From contig DF237123.1 of NCBI GenBank assembly GCA_000708835.1, positions 1-64,000 of the forward strand: a DNA stretch of 64,000 nucleotides, in the 5' to 3' direction. The position numbers were made by a program, and so were the translations under genes. This DNA is from Klebsormidium nitens (Eukaryota; Plantae; Klebsormidiophyceae). The notes below the pieces were generated by a model. That model made no database searches and was not told where the DNA came from. It saw nothing but the letters and a program-made list of their open reading frames with translations. Shown here piece after piece: positions 21,200 through 34,649 of the stretch (position 1 is its first letter; each line of letters begins with the position of its first letter).

Positions 21200-23700
21200 C
21201 CATGCACTGACTCAGCCTTGGAATGTAGGCAGCTGTACCGTAATTTCAATTCGGTTGGCAGCTTCTGTTCCTGGCGGCCCTTGATGCTGGTGCTGAGGCT
21301 GCAATGGTGAGTGCGAAGGCATCCGAGTCCTTTGTTCAGTTTCATTTGCTGTAACAAATTCGTCATCTCCGTTGCTGGTAAATCAAGTGGCGCTGATATA
21401 AGACCTGCAGAGATCGACAAATAAACCTCTGACAAGCTGCATACGATCGTCCATTGTGACCGCTGCTGGCGAGTTGTTGCGACACCAATGTCTGTTCATC
21501 GATCTGCTCAGTGACTGCAGAGAATGTGGTTGACTCGCAATGCTAGGAAAGGGCAGAGTGTAGAATGGGTGATTCGTTGTTGTTTTGATCCGGTCATGTG
21601 GCAGTTTGACAAAGTATCTTGCTTAAGTTGAAACTTTAAAACGGCGCAGGTTACTATCTGCCTGTGCTGCATTGCAGCTAATTTTAGGGTTCCCTGACCA
21701 TCTTCTATCAAGATAGGGGTTGCTCTTTGAACTCATGGGACTTTCAGGACAAATTGAAATTGGGGACTTCTGACTTCTATGCGCGCAGCTGCTTTACCAC
21801 TTGAAACTCGTGATTTTCTTACTCAATGTAGATCATAAGATCTTTGACTGCACCCAGATTGATTTCTTCAACTTGCTGCCACCATTGGTGGTTGCTTCTC
21901 TCAATTGAAGATTGATGGCGTTGGACGCTTGCCGGCGAGCCAAATCAATTGCAGATTTGAAGCATATTCATACCTCCCCTCGTGACTCTGTGGCACGCCA
22001 TATTGTGATACTTGGACTACTCATCTTCAGCGTTGCAGGTGTCAATGTCTTGGTTGCTATATCGGTCACCTTTTCTCAAGCCCTATCCACGATCGGCACC
22101 CTTCAACTGCTGATCTCCACTCAAGCTGGCTGAAAATCAACCCCTGAAAGACTAACCTACCGGCTTCTCAACCCCATGCCAAACCTGCTAATCACAAACT
22201 TGTCAAACTGCGCGGGCGCTCTCAGTTTTGTGAAGTATCCGCTCCTCCTTTGACCGCCGCTCAACTGTCAAACTGATCTACCGGCTGCTTGAACTCTGCG
22301 CAACGCAACTCGCTAGATATAAAAGTTCGCAGGGGCTCTCGGAGCTGCAAAGTATCCGCTCCCCCGTTGCCTGCCGCTCAACCCCAGACCGTACAAATGT
22401 AGCGGCTTCTTAGACTCTGTGCAACTCAATCCATTGACCACAACTGTCCAACTGTCCGCAGGCGCTTTCGGAGATGCAAAGAGTTCACTCCCCCGTCGAC
22501 CCCGTCCTCTACCCCCTGCTCGCTGTGGTCCTCATCACGCTCGGTCTGCTCTTTACTGCATCCTTCTTCATGTGAGTGCCCTGTCTCTTTCCATTCGAGC
22601 AAACCTCTCTAAAGGCTCAAGTCGTGACTTCATCTTGGCCTGCTCTTGACATCGTCCCTCGTTATGTGAGCTCGCTGTCTCTTGTATTTCAGAGCAATCC
22701 TTCACCATGAATAGGCCTAACTTCCTGACTTCGTTTGACAGACTTTCAGCCCCAGAGTCTTGCAACCTCTCATCGAGAGTTTCGCAGATTCTGCTTCCGA
22801 TTAATGACGGTAGTGGACCCGTACGTCCTGGGGTGGACTGGCTTTCTGGTGCCCCATAGTTGCGCTGCTTGAGAGTCAGGGTTTCGTCCTTGATTTTCGT
22901 CAGATGCGCCACAGAAGGTCTCAGTCCTTGATCCAGTGCAGGAAAGATGACTTCTGCACGTCAACCGTATCAGAATGTCCGCAAATCAGCATTGCCTAGT
23001 CGCATCCTGGTTCAGACACTAGGCGTTTCTGCTTGATATTCCAAGCTTAGAATGACTCTCTTGGAAGGGTTGAAGCTTCATCGGATAACACGTCATCTGC
23101 TGACGCCAACTCTGCCTCGTGCTGGCCCTTCGATCCAGGCAAGGCTGGCGGCCCGTGCTTTGGGGTGTCTGCTCAAGAGAAACCGTTGCTGATCGCACTG
23201 CTGACGTCATCCTCGTTTGTGATGGCAGTGCTCAGCGTAACAAAGTCTTCTCAAACCCACAATCCAGCGTGGAAAGAACTCCCGACCAATTCTCATAGGA
23301 TCCACGTCATCTGCATGCAGATACGAGGTGACGTCATCAAAGTTCAGCCGGAATATAGTGCGGGAGCTTGCGACGGGAGGCGTGGCCTCCGTTCTGCTGG
23401 TGAGGCGTCAAATTTGCGTGTAATCCCTCAAAGTCTGTGATAAGCTTTTCGCTTTTCTTTTTGACGGTCCGGCTCGTCCGTGCATTCTTCCAACTTGTGT
23501 CGCACCATCTCATTGGCTCTTGGTTGTCCTCAACAACCCTTTCCTTTTCTGGTGAGCGATTGGATCTGAATGAGAAGGCTGTGGACTCGCCTTGCTTGCT
23601 GATAGACTCTTTTGATGAGCCCTGGCAATGTCCAATGAGCACACATCCGCTTATCGCAAGCTAAAAGACTTTCTTTTCCAAAGCATGAAGACTTCGGCAA
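21200..23700 (-). pseudogene. Decayed coding-like tract of unknown origin (gene or transposon remnant)
   Basis: Long minus-strand stretches with protein-like composition broken by isolated stops, e.g. FKSAIDLARRQASNAINLQLRE...IYIE*ENHEF, plus degenerate internal repeats. No diagnostic motif. Confidence 0.3.
22200..22500. repeat. Three degenerate ~115-125-bp repeats
   Basis: Recurring aagtatccgctcc...ccgctcaac, gcagg(g/c)gct(c/t)tcggag(c/a)tgcaaag and tgtc(a/c)aactg blocks. Confidence 0.55.
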
Positions 23701-26700
23701 GCAGTGGCCCTTCGAAGAGATGTAAGCGCCCCGAAAGAGTGCTCCGCTGGATGCTGTTCAGACTCGTTCAAGTCTTTATTAGGCTCTTGAAGTTAGCTTC
23801 CTGACCGCGGCGTTAGGCTCCTTTACAACGGTCGTAATCGGTCAGAAATGCAAGCCTTTATGTTCTGGAACATTCTATTTGAAAGATTTACTCGCATCTA
23901 AGGTTTGAACCGTTTGGCGAAGTTTCTGAGCTATAACGGTAATCTGAATTCAGTCAAACCTGGCCGTGTGAATCGGGCGACCAGCCAATCACAAACAGCT
24001 GGGGCGGCTTATGGCTGCATCCTGGCCATCGACCGGCTCAACCTTTTGATCGACAGACCGGGAATTGGGTTCGGTTCAGACGGCCAGATTTACTCGCGCA
24101 GAGCCCCAGTCGGCTCATCGCCCTTGAGCTAGCTCGATGAAGGGAATAGCGGACAAACACATTGTCATTTTCGGAAACGGAGGCATGCATTTCACTCTTG
24201 GGCTCCCAGACAGGGACCCAACTACAACGGCGTGACGTCACAAGCGAGAAGTCAATCTGTCAGCTTTTTGAAAAGGCGACTTTCTAAGTATGCGCCGTCC
24301 GTTTTCATTTTCGGCCTGCGAAGCCAATCATGAGAGGTTATCGGTAGTGCTGTTCGGACCAGACCGTTCAATCCAGTTGTTTTTTGGGGTCGCTAATCTG
24401 AGGAGCCGCTTTGACAATGTTACCGCACAGTCCTTGTGCCTTCCCTTTTGGTTCGTTCCCGCGTACACTTACTCGAAGTCAAGTCCGTCACTTTCCCAGT
24501 GCGTCGATTTTCGCTACAACTCACAAGCCCTTTTCTAACTTGCAGGGGTTCGGTTCCTTATTCCTGCTTCTATGGACGGGGGTCTATGTCTGACATTGAA
24601 TTTGACGTTGATCCCTCCCGGATGAACGGCCAGCCATCAACCCCTCTAGCGACCTTCGTTGCTTAGTTTTGAGTCAGATCAGCCGGATCCTCAGGATTAA
24701 GGTGGCTTATTCCGAGTGCTCACTCTCACGTGCAAAAAGGAGCACCTTTCGGGCTCACGAATGCCTCCACGCAATTTGGCAACCCATTACCGCATAAGTT
24801 GGTGGTTGCAAAAGAGACAAGCAGCTAATGGCTGAGAGACGATGGAGAACCCGTGCTTGTTGTTGCCCAGCCTTCTTCTCCTGAACTTGAGTACTGTTCT
24901 TTCTTGAGCCGCATCGGACAAGTTGCTTACAGTGTTGCCGAGAGCGATCAGCCACGCTCAGTCTCCACTGACACCAATCAATCTCAATCTACGTTCGTGT
25001 TTCATGACGGTTTGTCAAGGTTCACCTAGGCACCGACAACTGATGGTCCCGTCTGCATGCTCAAGGCAGCTTGGGGTCGGTTTTGGTAGAAGTGTGTCAC
25101 CGTGACCGTCTATAGTACTTTGCCAACATACGTCTGATTGCTTAAATCAACAGCAATGTGATGCAGAAAACTGAGTAGCGAGGACCACTTTTTGCTAGAA
25201 CTGCAGCTCTAGCATGCACTACTATAGATATCATGGTGATCGGACTCGGAGCAGGATTAAGCTTCGCTCGGGAGCGAGGCGTGACGTCACATATTAACAT
25301 GTCTCTTTACATACTAGTATGATACGTACTGCATATATATATATGGTAGCCAACTTTCATGTTTGATCGTCAACGTCTGCATATTGCCTACTTGTAGCAG
25401 TGACTGAGGCTGGCCCAGCCTATGGGTGGGCGTGCGGCATGCATGATCGTAGGTCACCATGACGCGCCGGCTCTAGCTACGGGACAGACGTCTGTCCCGG
25501 CTCTCAGGCTATCCTAGTGATCATGTCATCAGCCACTGGGGTGCCTGAGCCTGGCTGCATGCATCTGGTTCGACAGTGATGCACATCCATCCATCGCGGC
25601 TATTTGACATGTTGAGTGACGGTACAGACTTACAGCATTGAATTGAATTATTGTTCGGCTCTAGCTTGGATCGCGAGTATGTCATACAACCATCTACCGT
25701 CAAAGAACAATGTCCTATAGATGCTCGAACGCTTCTCAGGCTTCGACCGTCTAGATGCACTGTTAGAATATATGCGGAATGATCACAGCCCTATCACAGC
25801 TATAGTGTGATCAAACTCGTTTCGTGTGGCGGATCGGCCAACAAAAGCAAGCACTGGCTGGCATGCCTATGCAAAGCTAACAACCTTCTCAGTTTCTCCT
25901 TTGCTAGCTGCATGGTTGAAACTTAACCACTTGTCTAGTAACCATTGCAACAGTTTCGAAAGTCCCACGGCGAAGTCTTTGAAAATTTAACGACGAATGC
26001 AACACGTTTGCAAGCAATCTGTACAGATGGGCCACCTGTGTCCCTGTCCGACATAGGCGGAGCTGGTTGAAGGGCGTGCATCCGCTGCAATGGAACAAAA
26101 CAAATTCCGTAAGACGACTTGTCTTTTTTGCCTTCTCTTCCCTCTTGCTTGTATGACTTGAGCATGCCGAGCTCAACAGCTCATCAGGTCGAGTGCAAAG
26201 AGAGATGTAATACCGTCTGTAAAGACAGGGCTCGTTTAAACGTTGACGAGTTTTACTCCCGCGCCTCTGCGTACATTTCTGATCAGTTTCAGACCTGATT
26301 ACGGACGGGATGCCGGCAGCTTCTTTCACGGAGTACCGCTGCATATTGCCCTACAGGTGACGTCCTCTGATCATTTGTACCTTTTCTTTTTATCCGCCCA
26401 TCCCTCACCTTTTCGCTCCCCCAACCACCTTCCTCTCCCCCCCCCCCTCTCTCCCCCTCCCTTTTCCCCCCCCGCCACGTCAGTTCCTGCTTCTTCAACG
26501 TCGAAGGACGGCACCTACTGACGGGCCATTCCAGAGGCAGAATTGGCGGCGAACTTTGACACTAATAATAACGTTTTAGAAATTGAGGGGAAATCCGAAA
26601 GAGTATCTTTTAGGGAATTATCTATAAAAGAGTAGCTTCCTGCGGGAATGCTCCAAACAACCAGGCGGGAAACTCAGGATACAATGACAAAAACGAACTT

Positions 26701-27253
26701 CGATTCGGACGTTGGCAGCGGAACCCGATCTCTCCGACACTTTACGCCAGATACTGATTGATACACAGGCAAAAGCTTTCCTATGCACATCCAATACTCA
26801 ATACATTGTTGAAGCGGCATTTTACTGACACCGGACTACGGTGGTTGCAAAAGGAATCCCCTCCGGTGACTGAGCTTGAATCCTTCTTGGCACTGTTAAA
26901 AGAGCTGAAGTCAAAGAGGGTAGCATAACCTGGACACTTTGCACTCGCTCTGTCGAGCTTTTCTTTCACCAGAAGCACCGTAGGTCGTGTTGGAAATAAG
27001 GAAGCATGGTCAAATTGCAAATATTTTTCCCGGCGGTCAATGCCCAAACCTGCGTGGCTAAACCCGGGTCAAGAAGGGTCTCGACCGCACCCGTCTGCCA
27101 CGATTGGCACAAACTCCGACCCAAACCGAAAGCCAAAACCAAACCCACAGCCAAAACGAAACCCGAAGTCAAACCCACCTTAAACCCAACCCCAAACCAA
27201 TCTTACTTCCTACAGCTATTCTTTGCGCTCACCTGGACACTCGTTCCGGGGGG

Positions 27254-29671
27254 TTACGCCGTCACCTCCCGGAGCCCCCCCGTTTTGACGTCGTAAATAA
27301 ACCCGTGCACGGTGACGTCTTTCGGCACGTGCGGCGAGTCTCTGATGAGCTGGATGTCTTCCCGGACGCCCCATTCGTCGTCCGGATAGGGAAGGAAGTC
27401 CGGAATGTCCGACTCGTGCCCGTCGCGCTCCTTGATCTTCGCCTGAATGTCGGCATTCCTGCATAGAGTGGACGGAAGCTTCGAGCTTTCAGGCTTTTCA
27501 AGCTCTCGGACTTTGGAACTTTGAGGTCTCGTCAACATGAATTCAACGATTAGGAATGAGTTTTGCAGTGTCCGACCTTTGCCCGTCACACTCTTGTTCT
27601 TCGCCCGAACCTCGCCGTTCCTGCATCAAGGAGAGCGGACGGTTGAGCCTTTGAACCTTTCGAGGACCCGAAAATCAATCCATTACGAAACTCAGAGATC
27701 ATTGAAGCCGACGCTTGCTTCAATCCGTCCCCGTCGCCCTTCTCGATCCTGGCCTGCTCGGCGTCTGCCGCATCAACGAAGCGTATTGCGCATTTGGTCG
27801 AATCTGGCCGCCTGACCCGAGTCCAAATCGAGCCAGTCGCAGAACGTTTCTCGAGCAGCAGAACTTGGGCCGTTCGATGAGAGGCTTGTGGGTCATCGCA
27901 GGGTCCAAGATCTGCGCATCGGGCAAAGTTTTGCGTTCAGCTCAAAAAGGACTCTAAAGGACTCTGGTCAGGCGGCCAGGTTTAACCGAATGTGCAATAC
28001 CATCTAGCGTGTGGGCTTTTGAAGCACCCGAACCTAAAATTTTCACAAACTTGAGAGGTCGATAAAATGGAAGCCGACGTATCCTTGACTTGTGCCCAAC
28101 GTGCTCCTTACTTTTGGTCCGGACGTTGGCGTTCCTGTTCGGAGAGAGCAAAAGATGTTGGGCTCATGCACTTTCATGTTTCTCGGACCTCGAAGTTCAG
28201 CATCCGCGTTGACTTGATCCTGACGTTGAACGAAGGACGTCCAGGTATGTGACGCGGGCAATAGCACGTCTTGATATCAGCGTCCCGGCAGGAAAACAGA
28301 GATTCGTGACAGGCAGAACTGCGGTCTTTTTTTAAATGTGGTCCTTGTTCCTCCGGGCTGCGTTTCTCTAATACCACAGCAGTGGGTCTTACCCACACCG
28401 CTGGAAAGGGCCGTGTGAATGCCTGCTCGCCCCCAACAAGTGACAGTAGAGGCCTTTTTATTTGAACGCTTCAGACGTTTAAGAGATTCGCCTCCTTATC
28501 CATAATACCTGGATGGGGACATACTCGGGGAGCGCTTGTAAGATGTCTTCTTGTACTCTGTCCCTAGCACATCCCTGGCTTTCAGACAAAAGACGGTCCC
28601 ATGTATTGATTGTTTTGACTCAAATCGAACACTTACGAAAAGGTGCGCATCCCGCAGTCGGTATGGTGCAGGATGACCACGTGCTTGGTCCCCAGCAGGA
28701 TTTGGGATATGATCAGCGACCGCAGGGCATCCTTCGCTCGCCCGCCTGCGTTCCGGATGACATGGGCGTCACCTTCCTGCAATATCACGTTACTTTGATC
28801 AAGGACTTTTTCCAGGTGTAAGTATTGTCTGACTCAAGTGTTGTATGAAACAGCGGTGATCAGAGTAGGTACCGATCATCGCCGATGAAAAGCCAAGGGT
28901 CTCCTTCTGCAAAGCCTGAAATGTTGGGTATGAGGCTTCACAGCTCTTCTTCTTTGCCGCTGTGCTCGGTTGTACTGATTCTTGGACGCAGGCAACGGGC
29001 AGGATATCCAGACACAGAGAGTTTCTTAAGCTCAGACACTCTTGTAGCACATATTCCTATGAAGGAAATGGAGTCATGTTGGCCACTCAGGTTTGCAAGC
29101 TCAGCAAGGCTCTCATATCTCAAGATTGACAAATAGTACACAAAGTACACAAAGATGCAGAAGTTGTTTAGTAGCTTGATTACGGAGTGAGCTGAAATTA
29201 TCGATACTATAACGAGCTGTGATTCCATCAATAATGAAGAGTGTTGCCACCACCAAAGAGACAAAATCGCTTCAGCTAGAGCGCGCTCGGATCGCTTTTG
29301 AGCTGAAAAACGAAGAAGAAAAAAGTGGGCCTTTGATTACTCTTGTTCATTCCTGTCTTCGAAAAGGGCATCGAAGGGAACATTCGAAAAATGAAAGAAT
29401 GCACATACTAATGTCGGCATTCCTGCTTTCAGCAGCTCAAAGCATTGCTCTTTGTAAACTTAACACCACCATCAGCATTCACTAAGTCAGCAAGTCTACG
29501 CACCTCCAGTCCCAGTGCCCGGGCGGGATCCAAGCGCGCGTCCATGCAGGCCAGAACAGCCACCTTTTTGGCAGGGGGAAGTGGCAGGTCACCATTGGTG
29601 AAGCTGTTCTTGTACTTTTCATTCGCCTGAAGGAGCTCTTGCACAACCGGGGGCTTTTCCTGGGTGGCCAT
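27254..29671 (-). CDS. Beta-carbonic anhydrase, Cab/clade-D-like (exons 29671-29504, 28776-28637, 27458-27254; 170 aa; possible N-terminal extension from 29857)
   Basis: Zn ligands and signature: [37 protein letters not shown]. Canonical splice sites in phase (513 nt). Confidence 0.92.
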
Positions 29672-30590
29672 TGTGCGGACAGCAGACGGCGAGCTGCTCA
29701 ATGAGCTGTTCAAACTAGGGTTTGAGGAATTCTGGAGAATGGCGGCACAGTATTTAGAGAGAGATAGGCTGGGCAAGGCCCCAGCTGGAGGGTTGAAGTG
29801 CAGCCTGGTTGCTAGAGACCAAGCCCTCCATGCTCGAGAAGACAGGAGCAGATGCATTGTTCCTGGACAACACACCTGTCGATTTCAGTACTACTTCCGA
29901 AGTTCAGATCAGCGCCGTCATCCCTCCCTGCAAAGGTTGGTATTCATTCACTGGTTCAGAACGAGCTCAGCACGGGCTCAGCAATAATCCATCTCTTGTA
30001 CCTATGTATCAAAGCCAGTCTTTTGAGTTTTCTTCTAGGGTTGCAAGAATACTTGGCGCCATGAGGCGATAGCTGAGCTCACGTCAAAGGCGGATGCATG
30101 CATCAGCATCAATGCCAACTATATCTCCAAATCGGTGACGTGGACAAGGTGCACCACGTGACCGTGCAACATTCACTGCACACGGTGCGCACTGAAAAGT
30201 ATTGGAGGCCCGAAAAGTACGTACCGGATCATGTGGCACAGCGAGTGTCAAAATGGACAGTCGGTATGCAAACTTCAATTTTATCGACGGAGTCGGTTTG
30301 TTGTTCACTCTGAAGCACGCTGATGCTGGCTGATGCAATGTACAGGTAACGCCCGGGGGAAGATCTTGATTAATCAGATCTCTCGGATCCTAACCCAGTT
30401 TTGGACCGCTACACTTTTGCTCTTGGGCCCCTAACCTGCGAGGCCAAACCCTTCCGCATACCGGGCACCAGAGAGGACATGCTCAGAGTCGGAGTCAGAA
30501 TCACCTGGAGCAGACCGAGTCAGAGAAATCGTGAAGAAGGCCCAGCGCTTGAATTGCACTGTGAAGAAGTGCAATCGAAACTCGTACTAT

Positions 30591-30880
30591 NNNNNNNNNN
30601 NNNNNNNNNNNNNNNNNNNNNNNNNNNNNNNNNNNNNNNNNNNNNNNNNNNNNNNNNNNNNNNNNNNNNNNNNNNNNNNNNNNNNNNNNNNNNNNNNNNN
30701 NNNNNNNNNNNNNNNNNNNNNNNNNNNNNNNNNNNNNNNNNNNNNNNNNNNNNNNNNNNNNNNNNNNNNNNNNNNNNNNNNNNNNNNNNNNNNNNNNNNN
30801 NNNNNNNNNNNNNNNNNNNNNNNNNNNNNNNNNNNNNNNNNNNNNNNNNNNNNNNNNNNNNNNNNNNNNNNNNNNNNNNN
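30591..30880. other. Assembly gap (290 N)
   Basis: Run of N. Confidence 1.
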
Positions 30881-31019
30881 CAGCCTTTCCGAATTTCCAC
30901 TTTCCGAACGGGAAATCCGAATTTCTGACTTTCCGAACGCAGATAATTATTTAATTATTCGGAATCATTACCTTGGACTACGGTAGTCTCACCGCTTTTC
31001 AGAGCTTGGAACCAAAGAG

Positions 31020-33682
31020 ATGGCTTTCCACACGATTCCTGGGAGGCTCCTGCCTCTCGCAGCGTTGTGCATTCTTCTTGTCAGCTGCATCGCGCTATGC
31101 GTAGAGGCTTCGGGAGACAAACTCTTTGTGGTTCCAAATTCAGCAGTTGGGAGCAAGGCGGACTGTTCAGAGGACTTTCCCTGCTCTCTTGAGCACGCCC
31201 TTGCAGTTGCAGGAGCAGAAGCAGAGTTGGAAATTAGCGAGGGACATTACGATGGAAACGTGGTTATTCATGCTAACCAGACTGGGTTGAGCTTGAATGG
31301 AGCTGGTGCTTCACTAACTCTGATTCATTCTGCTGGCCTGGTGGTCAATGGAAACGAGATTGTGTTGGACGTGCGCGCAGAAGACTTCAGTGCGAACCGG
31401 ATTGGATTTGCGCAGACCTGGAATGAAAGCAACACTGCAAACGTGACAGCTCAGATTGGGGTGCTAATCAGAGACACTGCAATTGGTGCACGCCTCGATG
31501 AGGTCAGAAGCAAATCTCAATTTGCCTGACCCTCTTGAATTTTGTGCATTGTGATAGGTTGCAATCCCTACCACTCTCTGATGGTGGTGATGAGCTTGTG
31601 AGGTCTCCACATTCATCTGATGGGGGACAGAGAAGTCCAAGCTCAAAATTGGAATCATTTTGTTTCGCTGTTGTTCTGATTGTTTTTGACACATGTCTGG
31701 CATCCTTCTGTTTTTCAGGAATTACTTTTTCCTGCAGTGTATTCTGAAAGCAACACCGTTTCAGCTCAGAATCTCAGAACTGCCATGATGCACAAACCAG
31801 TGGTGGCACCTTGTGAAGGAGCCGAATGAAGCTGGGATAGAAACGCCGAAACAATAAAAGTCGACATGCAATTCAGCTTCGCAATGGAAGAGGGCATTCT
31901 TTGCTAAGCCCCAGCAGCAAGGTTGTCTATTTGGGGGCACAGCAAGTGTGCCCAGTTTAGATCAGAGGCGCCAACCACATCTTATCCAAATGGCTGAGGA
32001 CATAAGAAGGTTTTTGATCAAGCGACCATTTTGAGACTTGCGAGTTTGAATGGTTCTGAATCATTCTTCTGGTTGTTGTCATCAAAATCACACATACAAG
32101 GCAGAAACTTCTCTGTCATTATCACACAAACAGAACAGAGTCTCACTCCGACTTGTTCAGGTCCTCGTTCTGTACAACTCCTCCGGTGACACCTCAACAT
32201 CGCGGGGAGTCGTCATTGCCGGTGCACCGGAGGTTGAGCTCAAGAAGACGGCGGTGGTTGGCCCCTGGCAGGTGAGCGCTACCTCGTGCAGAGATTGTAA
32301 CTTCTAAGGGCAAGAATGTTGTCAGCATATCGAGCACGCCACTTCCGCTTACAGTCTGTTTGAGCAACGTGAGGATCATGCGGAATTCACGTATGCAGTA
32401 ACGCCTCGGGTGCTGTGGTTGTGAGAGAGGGCTGAAAGCTTTCCCTAATGCGTTTTGACATCAACAACTCGTTTTCATTAGTGCAAGCGGTTCACTTCAA
32501 AAGCCTTGCACCTAACATACTAGATCGCTGCTAGAAAGTGCATTCCGATTGCCTGTCATCCGTTCAAACTCGTTATTTTGAAGGGTGCCTCACTCTCATT
32601 CTTGTCAAAGCTGCAGACCTTTCTCCCCAAAACTTATGGCCCTTGCTTCTTTACCGATTGCTTCTTTGTTGATTGTCTCTTTGTTGTTGATCCAAGTTCC
32701 AAGGACAATATTCCCACCTCTTCCGAGGCCGTGCTTGACCTCTTCTACCTACTGTATACTTCTGCCCCTGTGCACTGCTCTTGGGGAAAGAGTTTATACA
32801 TGATTTGCAGGTCAGCGTAGTTGTCAGTACATCCTTCTTCTTCTCTTCCTTTCCAAAGGACCCCCAGTCTCCCTGCTTGGTCTTTCACTTGCCTTTGATT
32901 CTTCGTCTCGATTTTGAGTACTTCCATCTGTAATTCGATTTCTCGTTTCGACTCCTTTCATGGTGCACTGTGTTGTAACCTCGATCTCTCTGCTTAGTAG
33001 GTACAGCTGCGTCGAACTTCCCAACGGATTTCTCATCTTTCAAAATCCAGAGCATGGTTCCTAATTGAGGGACCGTACCATTGACGACGGATGCGCCTTG
33101 GAACGGCTCAGGATTTTTGAACACACCTTGATATCCATGTCGCAAAATGCTCCGACTTACCTTGTTCGCCACTAATCCTATCTTAACCTTTTTGTGCAGG
33201 ACGGCATCCACCTCATCTCGTCCTCCAGCAAGGTCAAGCAGGGCCTCGTGGACGGCGCCACGCGCATCGGCATCGCTCTCATCAACACCAATGTCTCCGC
33301 GAGCTCTGAAAACAAGATCAAACAAGTCACGATCCGCAACATCGGCGACGGGTCCACTTTTGGAACCGCGATCGAAGTCCAGGGCAACAACAACCACGTC
33401 AAGGAAGGGGAGATCAGCAACTGGGGCAAGTACGGAATCCACGTTTGTGGGGAGGCGGGTCCCGACAAGTGCGACCCTTGTCACTATAGTGCCGCTGTAG
33501 AGGAGCTTCCGGATTCGGACCCGTTGAGAACAGCTAGGCACACGTCCATTAAGGGCGTTGACTTTTTTGGAGAGCCGGGACAGATCCGTGTGTGCGATGG
33601 GGGGGAGGAGACGAAGGTGAAGAGAGTGCAGGTCATCCGTGAGGCACCAGAAGAGGAGCGGGAGGTTGTGGTAGTAATTTGA
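31020..33682 (+). CDS. Secreted right-handed parallel beta-helix (pectin lyase-like fold) protein; exons 31020-31502, 32161-32271, 33200-33682 (358 aa)
   Basis: Hydrophobic signal peptide ending ..CVEA; N-cap LFVVPNS...DCSEDFPCSLEHAL; repeated beta-helix-like strands (GIHL, GIAL, AIEV, GIHV); phase-0 GT-AG introns. Confidence 0.7.
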
Positions 33683-34649
33683 TTTGTCGCGATTCTCGCC
33701 ATTGCGGGCAGTCTTTGATTTGTCGATCGCTCATAGTCATTCATTTACTATCTAGACACACAACTGAGTGCAAATACCTGTTGTCGTCGCCTGCGTGATG
33801 AGCGAGTGTATCCGGCGGCGGGCCCGAGTACTATGCAGTGCAACTTCGCCCAGTAGTGCCTCAATGCACCTAGGTATATTGACATCATCATGGCATTGAT
33901 TCTGCGCGCATAGGCACCCCTTAATCAGATGCTCTGCACGCGCTTGCCAGCCTGACCGTTCAAGGCAACTGGTGGCCCGCGGATGCTTGATGAGCGCTGA
34001 TCAAAGCTTCGGCCTGGCAGGACCCAACCTCAAAAACGCGGATCCTAATTGGAGCTACTAGCATTGAGGATCATGCATGGGCGCCATGCCAACATAGTGA
34101 ATGCTCAGGTGAACATATAGAGCCGGATACATGCCCTCAGGCGCGGCATACACCGCTGTACAATATCTATTATGCTGCATGCCGCGCTGTACTACACATG
34201 TGTTGAAAGCCCTGTAGTATTGGACGAGCCCGGGGCCGCCACATCATATCCGCGCGGCCTAATCACAATGAAGTCGGCAGTGACTGACTGTACAGAGATT
34301 CGTTGCGGCATTGCTGGATAGTGCTCCTCTGTTTTGTATGAACCATCTCATCTGCCAATGTAACCAATGCGGTCACCTTTACCCCTATGGTCATCGCGGC
34401 ATGCGGTGGATCACGAATCTTATTACACCACGATTCAGAGATCGGCAGTGAGGCAGAAATAAGTCGCACTAGCGGATCACAATGGACACCCCCTCTTAGG
34501 AATTAGGATTGCCTCAATAACACTCTGTTCAGGGGGGATGACGAAGCTGGACCCACACAATTCCTGCTTGACCTCGTCTTTGCCGACCTTTCGTTCACGA
34601 CCTGTGAATGTCCTCTGAATTCTCAATAAATGGACCTCAGAGACCTTTC

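Noticed and set aside
30401-30986. ORFs spanning the N run
   Set aside because: Artefacts of translating the assembly gap.
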